From: Syncephalis fuscata S228
Lineage: Eukaryota; Fungi; Zoopagomycota
Assembly (NCBI GenBank): GCA_025786725.1
Contig: JAHLTZ010000014.1
Span: 496,001-560,000 of the forward strand
Length of the DNA: 64,000 bases
Reading direction: 5' to 3'
Shown here: piece after piece, positions 14,438 to 29,800 of the stretch
Layout of the letters: each line of letters begins with the position of its first letter
Position numbering within the stretch: the stretch's first letter is position 1
Position numbers and translations under genes: made by a program
The notes under the pieces: generated by a model
What the model was told of the DNA's origin: nothing
Database searches by the model: none
The model's input: only the letters and a program-made list of their open reading frames with translations

Positions 14438-16973
14438 CTATAAATCAGATTTGGCCGTGTTGTTCAGTGTGGTTAATGTGTCGCAAGAAGCGTCAAGTGT
14501 ATCTTTAGATGATGACAAGCTTTGCCCTTCCGAATCTACCTCTTTTAACTTGGCTTTGTCTTCTTCAAATGGTTTCGTTTCTGGGTTGTTACGGCTTGTT
14601 GGTGAGTCAAATTCTTTTTCAGGCGTATTAACAATTTGCGATGTAATAGTGCCATCGCGTGGCTGATCGTCTTGACATTCAACGGCCATCCAGCCAGTGC
14701 CATCACAAGTGGCAACACAATCAACGCAAGTGCGTACTTTGCGTTCTGGCTGTGAAATGGATCGGCGCATTTCGGAGCAATTCCAACAAATAACAAATCC
14801 ACACCGACTAATCGATTCATTGATTAGTATTCATTACTACACGGCTATTCCCCATTTTACTTACCGACAATGATGTTTGCGTACCATCATACCAAATTTA
14901 GTCTTTTTACATACCATACACGTATCCACCTATTAATAGTATTCTATGGATTAGCCTTTTACTAATACCTATTCATAATTTTGTAAACCTACCATTTCAT
15001 CGGGTACCCATGCTACACCATCCAGATCACTTTGACGACTAATCTCACTGCTCATACTATCCTTGCGTTGTAATACACGAGGTGTTTGCCAAAAGCGCAG
15101 TGAATCATAAACGCCCGAGGATCGTTCACCCGAATAAGTCTTTGGGTCATTCGGATTAGCGGTATAGGTGTTATTCGCTGTATTGCCAGTCGTTTCAGTT
15201 GAGAGTGGCGATTTCGTTGAAATAGATAATGTATGCGAGACAGTTGAACCGGCCCATGACCGACGGAATCCATCATCCATTGTACGACTGCGATGGCCTG
15301 GATGTCGATTAGATCCCATAGCCGCATTGGCGCCAGCACCACCACGACGAACTACTGTCGTTAGATCTGGTGTTTGTTCACGTGCTCGACGTGCTTGTAA
15401 TTCTCGATAGCCTGTTAGTGCATCGGTAAATGCCTTATACCATTCATCTCGTTCGGCCATGCTACGTGCACGTATGGAAAAGCTTTCTTTTCCCTTAGTG
15501 ACACTTATAGTATAATCTATACCAAACAATTGCATTAGTATATAGTTATTTGTATCTATCATTGTTTTAGTTACCATCGCCTCCAACAAGATTAACCATT
15601 AGACTGCCTAAAGATATAACAATCTGACGTTCAAATAGTGGTGTACAAGGAGCGGCCAACGGAATAGATCCACTAGTGGTGCTTGCATTACCGGCAGAAG
15701 AGGAACGACTTAGTGAACACGCACTAACAGCACCAGATGGTAATGCCAAATGCGTACTTTTCTCGGCTGATTTACTTTTAATCATATCTGCCTCAATGAA
15801 TTGAATGTGCTGTGAAGATGATGTTGGTGGATTTGATGCTGTTGATGTTGTTGTTGCTATTGTTGCATTTGTAATAGTTGTCGATGGTAATGACAATGAT
15901 GATGATTTTAAATGATCCGACGACGATGATGCCGATCCAATCTTTGCTGTTCCTGTAGTTAATGTTGGCAGACTCACTGATAAAGCAGTATCACTACCAT
16001 TTGGTGTAATATTTGTTGAAATAGTAGATGCAGTTGATAGCATTGATAATCTCAATTTGCGATTAGTAGATTTGATAGGCGCACCACACACTAAAATATC
16101 TGAAAATAAAAAGAACTGCATAATAACATTGCTAGTCAGTAAATGATATCAATTTAATTATAATATTACCTTTCGCATACTTGGTAATTTGTTTGGTGCT
16201 TCTTTCATTAAATAGCCTTCTTTTAATAGAGTACGGCCTGTTGAGGTAAGTGACCGGCCTCGAGTAAATTGATATTCAACCGATAACAATTGATGCAGAT
16301 CCTCAAAAGAAGTGGGCCATCTTAGACGAGCACGTGCTCTAGCGCGAGCTGCAGCAGTCGCTCCAGATCGTTTACGAGCTAGACTGCTATGATTAGCACT
16401 GCCATTTTCCGATAGATTCGGCGATATAAGTTCAGCTGACGACGATGACGGTGCCGCTAATGGCTGGTCCTTACTGGCATGTTCGCCGTGTTCAGCTGTT
16501 AATGCATGGTTGCCTGCACTGCTGCTTGGCGCAGTCGGTGCAGTTGTAGCAGTACCAAAAAGGGCACCGCCACCAAACCGTGGTAGGCCTGCAGCAACTA
16601 GTTTGTCAAGTGAGTTAAGATACGAAGGAAACCGTGACGGACTAGGCCGCGTGCTGGATGCTGGCAATGACTCAGTATTATTGTTACTGCTATTGCTACT
16701 TATGGTTGTCATGGTAGAAGCTCGTACACGAGTTGCTACTGGTGGAGGGGCTGTATAATCAGTAGCGCTGGTGGTTTTTGTACAAGTATTAGTAGTAGTG
16801 ATAGTAGGCGTACTAGTAGGCGTACTAGCAGCAGTAGCAGCAGTAGTAGTAGAAGCAGAAGTAGTAAAAGTAGAAGGGTCTTTCAAGCTATCGTCAAGAG
16901 TTACTGCAATAGTTGTAGTGGCTAATGCTTTAGCAGGTATTAGCGTTGGCTCCATCTTGGTTGGGACCGACAT
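14438..16973 (-). CDS. PH + FYVE zinc-finger protein (phafin-like), multi-exon
   Basis: PH: GRTLLKEGYLMK...FFLFSDILV...SFSIRARSMAERDEWYKAF. FYVE: WVPDEM..TCMVCKKTKFGMMVRKHHCR..CGFVICWNCS...RTCVDC. Start codon uncertain. Confidence 0.85.
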
Positions 16974-17566
16974 TAAGCTCACTTGCCCGTAGTCACAACA
17001 CTTACAGCAGTTGACTTGATGCGGGAACAAGAATGTAAAGACAAAAACGTATATTCAATGATATTACCGCTAATGAAATAAAGTGGAATAGAAAAAAGCA
17101 AGAAGTAGCGTTTGACGACTAAGGTCACAAGTATTGGTTTATTATTGATAAATTGAAAGACTGAGCGAAAAGTATAAAGTGAGAGCAAGACTGAGTGTAG
17201 GAAAAGTGTGTGCGTTTGAGTGAGATTGAGAAAGGTCAAGCGGTGACAGCAGTAACACGAGCAGTAATAGCTGTATTAATAGTGTGTTGATACTATATTA
17301 ATAATATTAATAATGTTGATAATGACTATCAATACTATTGCTATTACTATTACAGATTAGACATGTCCTATTGGTCTTTAAATTTACGTATTTGCTTGCT
17401 CGTACATGCATTGGATGTAATTGCCGCCAGCTGTCATCGTCATATCCAAGACAGCACTTGGATTTCTTCTCGCCCATTTCTGTACTCTCTTCCGCATAAG
17501 TGCTTGTTGTTGGCCGGCTGATCGGTGTTAGAATGGGTGCCGAACAAGTCACGTGGTACAGCGTGA

Positions 17567-18659
17567 TTATTCAAGAGTGGCAGCAGGCTTTAGGAACTTC
17601 ACTTGACCGTACAGTAGCCGATCAGAAGACCATTGGTCAAATGCCACCAATTGTCGACGAGTATGACGCACCAGGAAGGCCAGCTCTTTATTGAGTGGCG
17701 ATAGATTGGGTACATTTCTAACGATTAAACACATGGATGAATAAGCAATGGTGCAGTTTGGATTGGCAAACACGCTTACCGCCAAATGGCCGCAGCTAAA
17801 ACTGCATCTGATTTGCACATGCCCTCGTCATAGGCAAGTACGCCGCCACGGAAAGCATCAAGACGCTCCTTGACCATTTTATTAATAATGCTGTTTTGAT
17901 CAATCTAATAAACCAATAGTTAATTAATTAGTTGGTTAATAAGCATTATAATTGTTAAAATGATACTTACACCATGAGCACGAATACGGTCTTCAATATC
18001 TTCAAAGAACCGATTGATCAGTTCTTGAGCATAGGCTTTGCCGTGTGTTTCTGGCCGTAGACGCACCATTAACATCCAGACATGCAATTGCGTAATTGAG
18101 AACCAAGTGTTGAAATTATCAGGTAATCCACAAGCTATGCAGATGGCAAATGTTATTAATGCATCGTATTAGTAACGCCAAGTATGATAAAATGACAAAT
18201 AATAGCATACCATGAACATAGAATGCTTTGTCATCGGCTGCTTGTACACATGCAGCGTATAAATCACGGCTAGCTCTGATTGATAGCGAAGAAGGACGAT
18301 TGTAGCCTAAAAGTTTGGCCATAGTAAGTGCAGCACGCTCTTTCCACGATAAGTTTTCTGTAGGCTGATTTAATGGCATGGCCGTGCCAAGTGGTGCCGG
18401 TTCATTCGACCAGCGGGCAACTACCGACGACTTTTGAACGTTTTATTAGTACAGCAGCGACAATACTACTCATTATGTAGACAATAATACTTACAGTCGA
18501 TAGTGCGCGATTTTTTATAACACTAGCTCCTGCTTTCCACTAGTATCCAGTTAATTATTGACGTGTAATTTGACCTATACTTACTTGAGCCGTAAATACT
18601 GGCTGGTAAAAATACAAAGCACGCTGCGTTAGATAGCGTCTGTACGTTAGAGCATTCAT
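17567..18659 (-). CDS. CBP3: Ubiquinol-cytochrome c reductase assembly chaperone Cbp3/UQCC1, multi-exon
   Basis: Spliced translation contains CGLPDNFNTWFSITQLHVWMLMVRLR, ELINRFFEDIEDRI and FRGGVLAYDEGMCKSDAVLAAAIWRN; basic, mitochondrial-like N-terminus. Confidence 0.88.
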
Positions 18660-19126
18660 TGCGGCAACAAAAGAAGAGAAGAAGAAAAAAATGGGCTCTA
18701 TCAATTGGCTATTAATAGCAACTATTGTTATTATCGTAGATTTATTATCATTATTATTCTGTACACATATCTCCTTTATCTTCTATACCATTTTCACAGT
18801 GCTGTATTATTATTATTATTATTATTATACATATTGTTTATGTATCGAGTTGTTGCTTTTATTTATTCATTTGTCTTAATCAAGGCTAATAAAGTTTATT
18901 AAATTTATATTAAAATAACTTTAAAAGCAGCTTTTATCGTAAATAAGGCGTGGCAGATGAATTTGGACTTGAAGCTGAGCCTTCAACCAGAAAGAATAAT
19001 TATCGACAAATGAGTTTCAAAAGAGTCGGCAGTCTGCACACTAGAATAAGTAGCTGTAATGTTTGCATTAACTTTGTCGGTGTCAGCACAATGTTGGTAA
19101 ACAATAGATTATTCCATGTGCGCAAA

Positions 19127-20108
19127 CTATAGGAATAACATACTAGGATTAGTTATAATATTCACTTTTTGTTGAACCTGAACGGCATTGGGCATAACAA
19201 CAGGCATGCAGTTGGTAAGATCTGGCTCTTGGTCAAATCCTGCTAAGGCTTTGCGTGTATAAACACCGACACCTAAAACAAGAATACTGAAAGCGCAACC
19301 AGCCGTGGTGTAGATAAGAATGTAGCACAGATCAGATATAAATATTAAAATACAATGGGCCATTAATACAAGTAGCTGTCTACGCTTAAATCCCAGTCCT
19401 GGAACGCCACTGCGTTTGATTTCCACGAATTGCCAGACAAACAAACCGATGAGTAAAAGGCTGCATGTCAAAGTTATTCCATAGCCAATGTGCAGTAAGG
19501 TAAGTACTGCATCGATCGACGACAGTTTAATAAAATCAGTGTGAATTAAACAGCTACCAATAACCAATGCATTGCCAGTACTATAAGCAGCTATTCCAGC
19601 AATGCCAAATCCACGAACCAATCGAGCTCGTTGGATAATTGCTTTTCTCATAGACCGGCTCCTATTGCACAAATTTAGTTAATTACATGTTGTTATTTAA
19701 TGATAAAGTATTTTTAGTAGATTTGCGCTAATTGAATAAAACAAAATACAAAATGACCTACCAGACTGTTACTAAATACGTTACAATAACCTTGATTATC
19801 CATCCGTAAAGCATAAGAAATGGCGCCGAGTGAAGTATAGCCGTATTGTCAAAGGTATAGACACCAGCAATGCACATAGAAAAGCTAATTGCAGCACTCA
19901 ATGCAGCACCAGCTATTACAGCATGATATTTGGTGCTTGTTTGACAATAACGCCAAAAATGGAGACAGCCAAAATCAAAGAATAAAATTAAAAAAATAAA
20001 TTCTTTGATCGGCACATATGTAATGTTTGAAGATTCTGCTGCGGCTATTCTAGCAACATAATCCACATCAGAATTGTAGGTGGAGTTTAAGTTGTAAGTG
20101 ATTGTCAT
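19127..20108 (-). CDS. Multi-pass membrane protein of unknown function (about 6-7 TM), two exons
   Basis: Two hydrophobic ORFs (19758-20108 and 19127-19672) joined by a GTAGGT...CAATAG intron; several 20-aa hydrophobic segments. Confidence 0.65.
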
Positions 20109-22296
20109 GATGATGTAGCGGTTTATAGAAGGTTTCGTTATTCTGTAAGAAGAGTCTTGAAAAATGCGCGATGCTATAAGAGCTAGTAGCTGTAATAACA
20201 GATTATACCAAAATAAAATAAAGTTAGCTAGATATTATTTATCAAGAAACATAATTACATTTCGTTATAGAGAAAGGTATCGGACTATCAAAGCACGAGT
20301 TATAAATATAGAGGAAGGCGTCAGGCTATCAAAGCATAAATCGTGAATATAGATTAAGATAGAATCGGTTGTTAGCTTAAGCCTTTATAGCATAAGTTTA
20401 AAATCTATTAGCTGCAAACCTTGAACACTAGGAAAAAAAGAAAATCCCATGAAACGGGTAACAAATTGGCATGCATCCAGCTTAATGGATAACGCACCTC
20501 GAACCCGCACGTTAACATACAACGTACACTTACATTGTGCTGCTAGAGTGCGTAACACTGTTTTATTATTAACTGATATGCTACAAATGCGTAATCTACC
20601 GAAACATTGTTTCTAAAGTTTAGGCCTATTCTAACTACGCTATATCCAATGGACTGCTGAACGACAATATTCGTCGTTGTTTGCGCTTAAATTGCCGGTA
20701 TTGAGTTTTAATTACTTTGTTAATACTTAAATACAATACTAATATATATATATTAATTATTATAGAATACTATTAAATAGCTTAATTTGCACTGGTTTAA
20801 ATGCAATAATAATGAAACAAAAATAGTGGCTTGAATATTAGATGCACACTGTCACAAGTTAAAACAAGGAACTTATGTAATCTAAGGCAATTTATTTGAA
20901 TGCTATCGGCTTGAGCAAGCCATAAAATGTGGTAAACAATTTTTGTACAAATACCATTGCACTACCACGTGTATTTTGTAATTGATTGTCAGTAGCTTTA
21001 GTTCAACAATTAGCCTTGACCAATATTTGTGTAAATATAATTTTAGCGGGCCCCTACTGCGCTATGTATACATCGTGATTACACCAAATACAGCTAATAA
21101 TTATATTAGCAATAGTTACAATTTCATTTGCCGAACTGCTGTTATACTAGGGTTGTCCGTTAAGGTTGTTTTTGCACGGTATTGAACAGCAAAAACCTTT
21201 AGGGTAATTTATTTGGTATAGATGAAACGCGCCATTGTAGTTGTTACATCGGCATAGCAATCATAGTTGTTTCGAGTATTTATCAGACACTGCCTCGTCC
21301 AACAATAACTTTTGAACCAATATACTGTTGGTTGCTTTATTGTTCAATATTATAGAGATATTAATCATATTTTTGCTTATTTCTAAAATATTGTAGATAT
21401 GAAGACTTTATCATTGTATTATCATAAGTACTAATATACCGATTACGGATTCTTGCATAGTAGAGCTTTGCCCTAGTGTATATACACTTGCCATTTTACA
21501 TCTAATAAGAATCTACAATTTCTACTAATATTTCTTTCACTCATACATTTTGAAACTATTTTATACAGAACGCGCCTTATTTGCTACATGCTTCAGTAAA
21601 TTCTATTTACTTCACTAATTATAACGCATTGCCACCAGCATGAGCCAATTCAATAACAGAAGGCATCATTAGATAGAGGAAGACAAGTAGAGCATAAAAT
21701 GAAATAGATGAAATTGAACAGCTGAACATTATTTAATTGAATATGTGGTATAAAAGTAGTTGCTACTTACTAATTACTATGTTCTGTTTTCTCATGCAAG
21801 CATTGCTGGATGCATGGTACAATTTGGATTAAATACTTGAATCAACAACACTGCAACAAAATTTAACTAAGCAATAACAAAATATAGCATAAATACCAAT
21901 GCTATATTAAGATAGTCATATGCATAAGTATTTGTGTGCATATCAATGTATATCTTTTATGGCCAGTAGTCATTTGGGCTGAAGACTTAGCCTACGGCAT
22001 ATCTAAATTATTTATATCATAGTATTACTTTTATTAGTTTTTTGATAATTAAATAAAATTAATATTCTGTAAATCTACATACATATTATCATTTCTGGTA
22101 TATGGTTTATTCGTTTTATTAATAAAATAAAAATAAAAGTTTGCTAGTAAATCTGATGGTCTCTTTGTTGTTTGATAGAAATGTGCGTATATCTATATTT
22201 GAAACAAAATAAAACTTAAATTTAACTAAATTAGAGCTTCCACAGCATGTGGCCTAAACGTGAAGAGTAAAGCAAGTTAATGCTTGATGCGTGTTG

Positions 22297-22746
22297 CTAC
22301 AGCTGTTTATAGCTGTAAGGTTGGCAGATAGTTGTGATGATATTAATAAATTCGTGGTGTAATTTCCATATTAAAAATAGATTGTAAAAAATATTTTGCT
22401 TAGCTTTTGGAATATTTTGACTGCATCGGTTGCACTCCAGTTGACAAAGATGGTAATAGTTTATAAACATGGAATACGCAAATAGCACCCAAATAACATG
22501 AGCAACTAACGCTTGGATGGTTTTAGCTATTTGCTTGTTTTTACAAATGGATTTTACTCTGGTCTTAACTACTGAAGCACTGGAAACTTTATACTTTACT
22601 TTGCCGGTGAGCATTGATGCTTTTATGCCAATGTTTCTAGTGTAATTACAATATTATAAACATATTTAATTAGTTTTTTATCTAAATCATTACATACCTT
22701 TTTTAGCTTTGCTTTTTTTACAGGCTGAACTGGATTTACGCTTCAT
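22297..22746 (-). pseudogene. Fanzor1 (eukaryotic TnpB-like) N-terminal remnant
   Basis: Basic first exon MKRKSSSACKKSKAKK, then a GTATGT intron, then VVKTRVKSICKNKQIAKTIQALVAHVIWVLFAYSMFINYYHL...IPKAKQNIFYNLF, which resembles the Fanzor1 N-terminal pattern as I recall it; frame is disrupted. Confidence 0.55.
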
Positions 22747-24057
22747 AGTGTCGATACAAGCGCAAATATACAAGAGTGTTTACAATATTTATGAATTTGT
22801 ACTTATAGTGTGTACAAATAACAATAAAGGTAGAACGTGTAGCCTTTATTTTATTAAAATAAACCATGACATTTATGTAAGGCAGTTACGCGTAGAATAG
22901 CAGAGTGAGCTTGTACTATATTCTTGCATCTACTGTTCCATGTACTACTGCATTATTTGATCCTCTTATTACTACATCTCTATTTTCATTTTCACATCAA
23001 CTTGCTAATATGCAAAACCAAAGCAGTATTTGTCTTATATAGTTTAATAGAAATGTATTTTATTTATATTGAGCACAATGACAATAATTGAGACGATTAA
23101 ATTAATTTATTTTTAGTCGCTATTTGTCATTTGCATCCACTCTTATTACACTTGGTTCTTTTAACCAATTCTTTTATTGTGCTTCTAGCTTCATTTATCT
23201 TCCGTTTTTCTACTATCATTTCTTTATAGTTTTGTTTATTTCTTGTAGAAAATTATAAATAACACAATGCTTAATTGATGCATAATGATTTTTAATGACT
23301 TGAACACTCTAGTATCTGTTGGATTTAAATACTTGAAAACAGCTGCCGTTTTCCTTACATAATACTAATATTCTTCCAAAAGGTTTGATAGGATAATTGG
23401 CACAATGATAGCGCGCAATTAATAATGTTTGATATAATTACAGTACCATCAAAACAAACCATTCGGATCAAGTATTCGAACTGCTGCTATACGATTTATT
23501 TGTCTATTTATAATAAAATCGTTATTTTAATCTATAAATTTAAAATTGGTTTTTTATTATATCCATGTCTTTAGTAATACAAAATATTTGGCTATATGCT
23601 ACAATTTATATAAACAGTGTAATGTTTATGGCACAGTTTTTAGCAATAATCAATTTTATTTGCTTTTTTGGATATTTATGCTTGCAAAAATAATAGCCAC
23701 ACAAAGATGATAATGCTACAATAAACCACAAGTGTATTTTGCACAATTCAATATCTATAGATAGAAATGAAAATGTTGCTTTAAAACATTTGTAGTTTCA
23801 GGATCTTATTGAGATGTGGAGATTAGTTGCTTATGATCTAATCCATGTGCTCCTTTCACGTTTTTCATACATAAATGTATATACCATATTTTTCCAATCT
23901 AAGAGTAAATGCATCGGCTATTGCGTGCTATATTTTGCTATAAATATCTGCATTTTCTGCAATTTATTTGTCTAATTATCACATCATACTTTTCTTCTCA
24001 CGTACTAACTTTATAAAAAGTATAGCCTTTTAATCGAAAATTGAACCTTGATAAGAC

Positions 24058-25086
24058 ATGTTTACGATAAAGTTCATTTTTGCTATCACTACCACTGCAC
24101 TCATGCTAGTGTCGATTACTCAAGTCACACCCGCTAATGGCATGTCAGGTTTATTCAGTTCCGGACCCACTGACAAGTGCTTATTACAATTCATCTGTAT
24201 TATTTACTAACGGTATTATTCATGTAGAGTTTATGACGATTAATTGGATGGCAAAACTGATCCATTTGCCATGCATAATCTCAAGCTTATAGGCAAAGAA
24301 TCCAATATTAGGGGCGTACATTATATTGACGGAATGCAAAGAGAAGATCCGATTCAACTTGCATGTGGATCAACTTCAAATACAGAAAACTACGCCCTTC
24401 AGGTATACGAGGCAAGTCTTATAAAGCAGCAAACATACAAAACTGACGAGTATAATCAATTACAGGATTTATTGAAATCCAAATTGTTATACAAACCCTA
24501 CAAAGATTTTGAAGTTTTGTTACCTAAAGGGCAATTTATATTACCTGGATATGTTAAATGCTATATTTTACCATATATGAAATGTGAATCAAAATACGAT
24601 CCTGTTTCTCAAGACTTTGGAAGGTATGTCAAATTTAATAGCCATCGCTTTTACATAGTAATAGTTATTCTAAATTTTCAATTAGTCATGTGGTTAGTAA
24701 CTTAGAATATCTAAATCATATATGGAAAAAAATTGAAGAAGGTAAAGGCTTGGATTATCTATACATTGTAAACTAAACCATGATTAGCGCTAGATATTAT
24801 AAAAAAAGAGGGATGGTACGCCAACGGGGATATTGGAAGTAAGTAAAGCATATTGCTGTTGCTGTTATTTATATTAATGTTACTGTTAGATATTTGCTTC
24901 ACTGGGAAGGAAGAAAACTCCAAAATGCTCTTTACCGGATTTGATTATACTTTTCCAGCAAAAAAGCTTACTGAATTTCAAGAAAGTGATAAAATCCGAG
25001 AAATCAATGAGCATATTACAGGACAAACTTTAGATAAACTCTCTCTCTTTAAGATACGAATTTATATATGCGCTTGGAAAAAATAG
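24058..25086 (+). CDS. Secreted kinase-like (pseudokinase) protein, paralogue 1; in-frame TAA at 24241
   Basis: Signal peptide MFTIKFIFAITTTALMLVSITQV; IQLACG, KCYILPY, ALDIIKKEGWYANGDIG, DICFTG..MLFTGFDYTF; motifs shared with the genes at 36.5-39.5 kb. Confidence 0.6.
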
Positions 25087-26848
25087 AGATATAAAACGGA
25101 AACACTCTTGGGGTCCCCCCAATAGCCGTGAACGCGAATCAATTTCGGTACTGATGTCATTATACAGGTACACTAAGTATCTAGAGCCATTTAACAATTT
25201 GTTATTGCCTTTATATGAAGAATAACGAGTTTTACAAATAATTAATGTTTGTTCAATAAAACAATATCATGTTATGATTCAATTGCTACAGCTGTGTAAT
25301 ATTCTAATGTTGATTATTTGTTTATTAAATAATGGCATTTCATGACTTTTGTAGAAACTATGGATATGTAATTGTCCGTATTTTTGTCTGGTTTAATCGA
25401 GTCGTCACACTGCATAGCTAGTTTCCAAAAAAAGTTTGCTTGTCAACTATAATGTTTTTGGACTGAATACTATATATGTGTGATAATGTAATATGTACGC
25501 GAAAAAGTTATATTTTTATAAAATAAAGGGACATATATGAACTTTGTTGGAGATTTATTTAAAATAACTACGGAGAAATATTTGTTTATTCCACTCATTA
25601 TGCCATGCGCAATGCAATTTCAACACTGCTATCCATACTCTTTTCATAGTATATTTCTTCTATTGTATATCAGTATATCGTTTAGTGGGCATAATCTAAT
25701 GATCAAACTACGTTTATTTCCAATTGTACCTGTTATAGGTTTGATTCATTGCACTCGATTCACTGTCATGTGCAGTATAACTTTACTATCATTATTATTT
25801 ATTTCATTCTCTATTATTCTACATTCTATTAGCTATATTTTATTAGTAAAATTATTTATTTGCCGCTAACTATATCTGTTATATATTTCAATATAATTAA
25901 TTTAAACATATAAATTACATTGCTTATTAATATCTATGCACTTTCTAATAGTGTAGCTATTTATAACATTACCTTTATTCAATATAATCATCGATATGAC
26001 TAATCTTTAAACACGTATTATCACAATAACTATAACCAACTTAATCTTTATACAACTGCCAAATAACATTTTAATAAACAGCAACTAAAAATAATAATTA
26101 ATTTGCTTTGGACGGTCCTTTTAAATAAAACAAAAAAGTCACAAATGTAATCGTTCACAGAATCATGGTCGATGTGATGTGTATGTGTGTGTGCAGTGTA
26201 AAGAACCCCGTACAAACGAGAATGGCCTTAACAACAGCAACAAGTCGTGTCACCGCGCAAAGGGGAGGGGCGGACAAGCCGTTGTTGGTTAATTAGTTTG
26301 TACTAGGTAAAAAGAACGAAGAAGAGGAATGATGATAATGATGAGGAGGAAGATGAGGAAATAAAAAGACTAATAACAACAATGGTATAATTAACACCAG
26401 TAGTAGCAATAGTAATAATAATGTTATAGGGAATCAAAACAATGTGAATGCAATTGGAAAGTAAAGGAAGCAAAACATCAAAGATTGATATGCTGTCAAA
26501 GAAAAAAAATAACCAACAACAAAAATAAAATAATTGTCAGCATACCAAAATCTTAATGAAAATTACAACCATGTCTATATAATTATACATAGAAGTGTTG
26601 TTGTTGTTGTTGTTGCATCTGTGAGCATGGCATTAAATAGGATTAAAACGATCTATGCTTATCGTCATATACTAATAGCAATGAATAAAAGGCTTAGTAA
26701 TAGATATTGATCGAGCCAGCGTAATAAAATTAAAAAGGAAAAAAAACAAAAAAGACCTTTGTATTCATTACCATTACTATAATAGACTATTAGTAAATAA
26801 ACGTATATATATATATATACGTATATCTAGCCTGATCTACGGTAACAA

Positions 26849-29800
26849 CTATGTTGCCGTATTAGCAGTGATTGACGGGGTCGACCGGTCAGTAACTCGT
26901 TTCTCGCGTAGATCTTGCACTAGTTGTTCCCATTCTACCATATGTGTACGGGCCATTTCCTCTGCTTCACGGCGTTGCTTCTCCCATAGTTCAATAAGTT
27001 TTGGATCACTTACATCAACATCAGCAACTGTATCATTGTTGCTATTACTATTGTTATCCACACAATTAAGTGGTGATATTGGATAGGTGGATAGATCGGT
27101 GCCATTAAGCTGTGGTATACCAATCGATAGACTATTAGCATGGCTATTGGTGCTACTATTACTATTCAAGTTATGAGTGAGTGACTGAGGGTGTGGACGA
27201 AGTGTAGGATCATTGCTTAGTGACAGTGAATCTATACTCGAATCCATTACCACTACACCAATACCGGCTGTAGACGGTGAACGGGCGACTAATACTTCAG
27301 CAAATCCTGAACTTGATTTGTTAGTAATTCCTATTTCCTTTAAATCACCTGGAGATGATGCTGATGCTGATACTTCATCATCAAATCGTGGTGATCCAAA
27401 TAGCGGCGATATAAGTGAGGTATCACCGGTAGCCACTGTACCATCAGTTGTTAAATCACCATGTTCACTCCTAGGTGATGATGCAAATGAAATGCCACGC
27501 GCTCGAGCTAGATGTAACATGGACGTCTCATAGGCATGTTGTTGCTGTTGCTGTTGCTGTAAAACGGCTCGACCTGATGTACTAGCAGCCATTTGTTTCA
27601 CCTTGGCGGCAGCTAAACTGGCTAATTGATGTTGTGAATGCGTCGAAGTACGACGTGACATTGGCGCAGCAGCTTCACGATAGTCTACATACACATCATT
27701 AGGCGTCGTTGGCGTTTGACCACGGCGTGAAGAGAAAAATGCATCATTCATATTTCTATCGGTTGTATAAATTGGCGCTAAATGGGACGATTCACGATGA
27801 CCAGCCATGCTCATAAATTCATGATTTAATCGAGGATCACCTGCATAAGACCGGCCTCGTGGTCGCATCGATGGTAATTGCGGCGAATAGTTGTCAATAT
27901 CTGATAACGATGCTGATAATGGGGTGGGACTAGGAAATGATGAGCTTAAATGACTATGTGAGAATGATGATCCATGCTGCAATAAATCAAAAGGTATAGC
28001 ACCCGATGACGCTGACCGTCTATGATGGGCATGTGGATGATGACCGGGTACTGGCTGTGGTAGTAGATTTGAATAGGGTGACATACTCATAACATCAGTG
28101 GGCGAGTGATGTAGATGCGGTAACATACCATTGGCTGGATAATGCATAGAACCAGCAGTGGCTGCATTAGATGATGGAATACCATTTGACATAGCCGCTA
28201 AAGCTGGTGACACCAATTGATGATATGCGTGATATCTCGCTAGTTGTGCATGTACATCATCTGGTTGACTTCTACCTGAAGATGTACGTCGCATGCCTAC
28301 CAGCGATGAACATGACGATGACATAGGACCGCTTTCAGATGAGTTGTGTGAACCAATTACTGCGGTGTTAATTGCCAGCTCTGAGGCAAGACGGCCACGT
28401 TCAACAGCACAGCGAATATTGCACACAGCAAGATCGCGGTCATCTTCATCGAGTACTTGTTCGCGTACCATTTCATTTACCACATCTTCAGGTGTGTCCT
28501 GTTCAAGTATAAACGGAAACTTGATACACTTATGCTTAGTTTCACCTGGTCGTCTGCTAATCATTTTAAGCAGTAGACTACCTGTATCGATGCGCTTTAC
28601 AAAGTCTACTTGACCATGGGAAGGAGCACCTGGTGTACCAACTGTGGATGCATTTTCAGAACGCGTTCCAGCTGCTGTCTGTCCCACTAATGAATGTGCT
28701 AGTCCTGGAATAGGACCTGATTGACGAAGAGTAGATGGTGCACTCATCGACTCGTTCAGTTCGGCAGCTGTCATAGCATCTGCGGCCATAAGTGACGTTT
28801 GAGCCATCTGCTTCGTAATATACGATTGGGCCAGTTGCAGTGGATCCATCGTACCGCTATGACCTGGGAGCGTATAAATTGACCCGGGCCTAGTGAGGAC
28901 GGTCTGTTATGGTCGCTAGAGGCCATTGAAGATGCCGATAAATCCGGCAACTGTCCACTATGATACATGCCAGTGCTGGGCTATGATTATTCGCCACGTC
29001 AGATCCAGTACCATGAGAGATTAGACTGGCTGATAAAGCACTGATATGGTTGTTGCTTGCACGCTGTTGTGCCAATCCCTCAAGACTTGCCTCCATACTA
29101 TTGGTGAAAAAGCTACCAGCATCGATAGAACAACGGCGTAGATCTGGTGATATAAGCCCAAGACACGTTGTGCTTTCAGATGATGTGCAAAGATCCACTG
29201 TTAGAAATGGATGATTCAGTAGATCGGCCGCTGATGGGCGCTCATCAGGATTAAACCGCAGACAGATGTTGATCAATTCGCGTAGTGGGCCGGCTTCGAT
29301 CTTTTCAAGGGCCAATGGCTTAATGCCGTTTGTAACTTTCTTGTAAATTTGTGCCTGATTTGAACATTCACTATATGGATATTCTTTGGTTACCATTTCG
29401 AGTACACACATGCCAAATGCGTACACATCAACTTTTTCGTCATATTTCTCGTCATATAATTCAGGTGCCATGAATTCGGGCGTTCCAATAACGGAGGTAA
29501 CATGACGAAATGGTTTTACGGTAGCCAGACCAAGATCACCCAGTTTTACCTCGCCTGTATTGCCATTGACAAATATATTCTCGCATTTAAGATCGCGATG
29601 AATAACCGGTGGCTGGCAGGTATGCAGATAGGCAAGGCCGCTTAATACTTGACGACAAATGTGTTTAAGGAACTTTGGTCGAATACTGCCGGTTGTCTTG
29701 CGTAAATATCGCTTAAGTGTCCCCGATGTCATAAGTTCCGTGACAAAATAGACGGTTTCACCGCCGTTAGAGGCTCGTGCCGCCCACGCATGATGTAATC

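Noticed and set aside
17307-17552. 81-aa minus-strand ORF directly after CBP3
   Set aside because: It could be 3' UTR or an upstream exon of the PH-FYVE gene; there is no motif or clear splice support.
27213-28613. Antisense ORFs over WNK (and similar ones over other genes)
   Set aside because: These are shadow ORFs of low-complexity coding sequence on the opposite strand.
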